From positions 1 to 11,333 of the forward strand of contig NW_021826999.1 in NCBI RefSeq assembly GCF_006345805.1: DNA of 11,333 nt, written 5' to 3'. This document shows, piece after piece, positions 8,080-11,333 of the stretch. The position numbers and the translations under genes were made by a program. Numbering within the stretch: position 1 is the stretch's first letter; each line of letters opens with the position of its first letter. The stretch comes from Octopus sinensis (Eukaryota). The notes below the pieces were generated by a model, which ran no database searches, was not told where the DNA came from, and saw only the letters and a program-made list of their open reading frames with translations.

Positions 8080-9002
8080 CTGGAAAAAAAATATGAACGT
8101 AATATCTTACTTATAATAATAATTTAAAATAATTATTATAACCCTTTTACACCTATGTATGAAAATTAATAACACATATAACAAAATAATTGGGGGAACA
8201 CTGTGTAGCAGATTTCTTTAGCGACTAAAAGATGTAAAACGAAAAAGATGAAATTCAAAACTACTCGACTTTAATGTGAACTTCTGAAACAGACACCCGT
8301 GACTGCATCAGTGTTCCTTACTGTACAGGGCTACTGAGAGTTACATAAACAGCTCATGTACATTAAGCAATAGCCGTGAAAGGATATTAACTGATTATAG
8401 TAATGACTTCCAGCGTTTCTGTGACCTTGTCACTGTCACCATATGTTCATTATACATGGTACCTTTGTTGTATTAAAAAAGAATTTAAAAATCGTGAATA
8501 TAAGCACCATAAGGAAACTTGCTATTCCCTATGTGTGTTTTCTCATTTTCTCTGCGTTCTTCCGTTTTCAGGATATGAGATTAGACATTTTCCATCAATT
8601 GCTTTTCATCAATTTAAAACGTCTTGATAACTCCAGCTGCGATATCCTAGAAACTACTGGGTTTATCCAATATTATGTTGATTGTGCGAGAGAGAGAGAG
8701 AGAAAGAGATGCTGTAGGTATAATGGCAGGAACAAAGGATAACTGATTAGATTCATGTTAACGGATATTGAATACTTAATGGTATTCATAACTTAGCAAC
8801 ATAAGCAGCACTATTTTCTTTCTTTTTTTTTGTCAGTGATGAGGTGGCAGTTTTGAGTGACGAAAATTTTGACACCATATTACAAATAAGTAAGCAGTCT
8901 TTGTATGTTCTGAACGGCTAGCTTGTATCGCCCATGCTGCAATCGCTTTAGTTTTAGCACACGATCTCAGATCAAAACACTTACTATGCGACTACACCTC
9001 TG

Positions 9003-9223
9003 TAATAATGGCTTCAAATTTTGGCTCAAGGCCTGTAAGTTAAGGCGGTTAGGGTAGGTCGATTATATCGATCCCTGTACTCAACTGGTACTCTTTTTAT
9101 CGACCCCGAAAGGATGAAAGGCAAAGTCGACCTCGGCATAATTTGAACTCTGAACCTAAAGACGAACGAAATGCCGCTAAGCATTTTTTCGGCGTGCTAA
9201 CGATTCTGCCGGCTAGCCGCCTT
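9003..9223 (-). mobile_element. tRNA-derived SINE of a second family (Meta-domain-like body)
   Basis: Minus-strand head aaggcggctagccggcagaatcgttagcacgcc...gagttcaaatt (A/B-box-like), body ctttgcctttcatcctttcggggtcgataaa resembling the MetaSINE-type domain as remembered, and an (ATT)n-like tail at about 9003-9009. Confidence 0.8.
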
Positions 9224-9515
9224 ACATATCCGTAATATTAATGGTTTGGTCTAGCAGAAGCAGTTGTGCCAGTAGCCTTTATAGCACCGCTTAGATTGAT
9301 GTTTTTATGTGACCGAGGATTTTGCATAACTGTAAGCAAGGTCCCTATATGGTTGCGCTAACCAGCAGCCATATCTATTTCAAATTATACCCCACTCTCT
9401 TAAAAATAAAAACACAGTGAAGAATGTAATTCTGTATAAACGATACGCATTTAGCTATATCTACCTATATGTGTAAGTGCATACATACATACATACACAC
9501 ACAATATATATATAT

Positions 9516-9965
9516 GTGGCCGTGGCACGTAAAATACTCCAATGCGACCGTACGACAGGCACCCTTGCCAACCCCCTTTGCTTGTGAAGACATGTTGGGG
9601 CAAGCGAAATCGAAATCGAATTGAACCAGCCAGGATCCCTGGTCTGGTGGTACGTAAAAAGCACTATCCAACTCGTGGCCGATGCCAGCACCGCCTCGAC
9701 TGGCTTCCGTGCCGGTGGCACATAAAATACACCAATCTGACGTGTGGCCGTTGCCAGCCCCGCATGGCACCTGTGCAGGTGGCACGTATAAAAAAGCACC
9801 CACTACCACTTACGGAGTGGTTGGCGTTAGGAAGGGCATCCAGCTGTAGAAACATTGCCCAATTAGACTGGAGCCTGGTGCAGCCTTCTGGCTTCCCAGA
9901 ACCCCGGTCGAACGTCCAACCCATGCTAGCATGGAGAACGGACGTTAACGACGATGATGAGATGA
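9516..9965 (+). mobile_element. Non-autonomous retroposon 3' part with internal ~65-bp repeats and a (GAT)n tail
   Basis: gtggcacgtaaaa-like motif at 9522, 9647, 9715 and 9779; gtggccg.tgccagc at 9675 and 9744; 3' segment gagtggttggcgttaggaagggcatccagctgtagaaac...ggacgttaacgacgatgatga, typical of RTE-mobilised 3' ends (from memory). GC-rich relative to the flanks. Confidence 0.7.
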
Positions 9966-9972
9966 TATATAT

Positions 9973-10004
<32 letters not shown>

Positions 10005-10141
10005 AATTAGAAGAAAAAAAACCTTTTATCAATTCGATAATGAAAAATTAAATTATACCATCTAGAAAATTACTTATTATAAAAAGATTAAATATAAGAT
10101 AAAACATAACGATGATTAAGTAATGTGCAAAATAATAAATA

Positions 10142-10156
10142 TCATTATTATTATTA

Positions 10157-10189
<33 letters not shown>

Positions 10190-10206
10190 TATTATTATTA
10201 TTATAT

Positions 10207-10252
<46 letters not shown>
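10142..10252. repeat. (ATT)n followed by (TA)n microsatellite
   Basis: Direct tandem repeats. Confidence 0.97.
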
Positions 10253-10256
<4 letters not shown>

Positions 10257-10472
10257 TATGTATATTATATAAATATATAAATATGTTTGTATAATATATA
10301 CAAAATACACAAACACACGCGCGCACGCGAATTTCTTGCATGATCATGTCGCAAAAATCGCATTTATAATTTTAGGGGTGGAAAAAGAAACAAACATTTA
10401 CTCATATCTGTATTTATTTATATACATTACAACTACACTCCCTTTCGGTAGTAACATTTTCAGACAACTTAC

Positions 10473-10568
10473 GCGCATTGTCCAGTGAAAAGTTGGGACC
10501 AACAACTAACATTACTCTCATTGTTATCACAGTTTACTTGGAAACATTCCGCCAATAAATCTTTATTT
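10473..10568 (-). CDS. Internal coding exon (96 bp, phase 2-2) of an unidentified host gene: NKDLLAECFQVNCDNNESNVSCWSQLFTGQC
   Basis: Strong acceptor tttcattttgttcctttcag|A (AG at 10570-10569) and canonical donor GC|GTAAGT (GT at 10472-10471). The length is divisible by 3, only one of three frames is open, and the sequence is unique and non-repetitive. Confidence 0.75.
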
Positions 10569-10884
10569 CTGAAAGGAACAAAATGAAAGAGCATGAAAGA
10601 TAATATGATAAAGTAATATATTCTAAAATAAGAAAAAGAAATGAAATACGATGTAAATGATTGATTTGACACTTAAACAAGGTCTAAGTCAACTACTGAG
10701 ATAAAAAAAAATACAAGTAAATTGTAAACTTCGTTGCCGTCCTTTATATATATTCTAGATTTCATTTAAATAATCGAAAACAGGTGAACAAATAAATTGG
10801 TTTTCCTTATCTTTCAGGAAGTCTTACATTACCTTAAAGTAAATAGACCATACAGAAATTTGGCAAGCATTTTCAGTCATGTCT

Positions 10885-10944
10885 GCTGTTGTCGTTGGTG
10901 TTGTTGTCGTTGCTGTTGTTGTTGTTGTTGTTGTTGCTGTTGTT
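10885..10944. repeat. (GTT)n-type trinucleotide repeat, degenerate
   Basis: Direct tandem repeat. Confidence 0.92.
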
Positions 10945-11125
10945 AAGCAACAAGACGGGTAAGGGTGATTAGGTGATGGTCTAGGGCTTAGGGGCGGGAG
11001 ACCCCAGACCTTGGAAAAAAAAAAACTTTGGTCGTCTTGTTCCTTCGTTGACGCCCGACACCACTAGGAAGTGGCCCTCGAAGTCGTTGGAAATGGAGAT
11101 CTTCAGGACCAAATTCTTGACCGGC

Positions 11126-11179
11126 TGTTGTTGTTGGTGGTGGTGGCGTTGTTGTTGTTGTTGCTGATGATGATGATAA
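11126..11179. repeat. (GTT)/(GGT)/(GAT) compound trinucleotide repeat (reads poly-Q/H on the minus strand)
   Basis: Direct tandem repeat. Confidence 0.9.
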
Positions 11180-11198
11180 TTACGTCTTATAACATACC

Positions 11199-11281
11199 TT
11201 TTATTTTTTTTACTTGTTTCAGTCATTGAACCGAGGCCATGCTGGGGCACTGCCCGAAAGGGTTTAATTAAGCAAATCACC
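11199..11281 (-). mobile_element. tRNA/CORE-type SINE, short 3'-end fragment
   Basis: tttacttgtttcagtcattgaaccgaggccatgctggggcactgcc matches the 3' end of the copy at 3353-3792, with an A-rich tail. Confidence 0.8.
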
Positions 11282-11333
11282 TACCCCTTCGCCAAACTCA
11301 CTCAGAACATTCTGACTAGGAGCCATGCTCGAA

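Noticed and set aside
8195-8317. 9-bp inverted repeat ggaacactg / cagtgttcc
   Set aside because: Too short, with no TSD or extended TIR. Compatible with chance.
8540-8720. Plus-strand exon-like segment (acceptor at 8570-8571, donor at 8718)
   Set aside because: The only open frame runs through a (GA)n tract, the peptide is unrecognisable, and there is no partner exon.
8890-9420. Additional possible repeat fragments at about 8890-9002 and 9320-9410
   Set aside because: They resemble remembered octopus repeats, but there is no second copy, terminus or motif in this window to support a call.
9647-9800. Regularly spaced ~65-bp repeats as a CRISPR-like array
   Set aside because: The context is eukaryotic, the repeats are degenerate, and the intervening sequences are related to each other rather than unique spacers. 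No cas genes are present.
9461-10051. Overlapping long ORFs (112-169 aa) on both strands
   Set aside because: They span a GC-rich non-coding retroposon plus (TA)n. Stop-codon scarcity follows from composition and no protein motifs were recognised.

Overview
AT-rich eukaryotic DNA that is mostly repeats. The SINE families and the density of (TATG)n, (TA)n and (CA)n tracts suggest an octopus genome (inferred from remembered repeat consensuses, not from a search). Most ORF-track entries are microsatellite artefacts. Bases 1-7700 are a stack of decayed retroelements. They include a Penelope-like RT/linker fragment and four minus-strand pieces of an R4/Dong-like restriction-like-endonuclease (RLE) LINE; the longest piece is split by a Tc1/mariner-type MITE and a full-length tRNA/CORE-type SINE. 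There are also further SINE copies, an RTE-like remnant and a ~355-bp long-inverted-repeat element. From about 7850 to 10570 the minus strand carries what looks like the 3' end of a host gene: a clean 96-bp exon (10568-10473) that splices in frame to a candidate last exon (8079-8019), followed by AATAAA signals. The protein is not recognised. The best leads are the repeated abutting of the RLE LINE pieces to (CATA)n tracts (possible microsatellite targeting), two degenerate hammerhead-ribozyme-like folds, and the unidentified Cys-rich gene end. No intact novel system can be demonstrated from this window alone.
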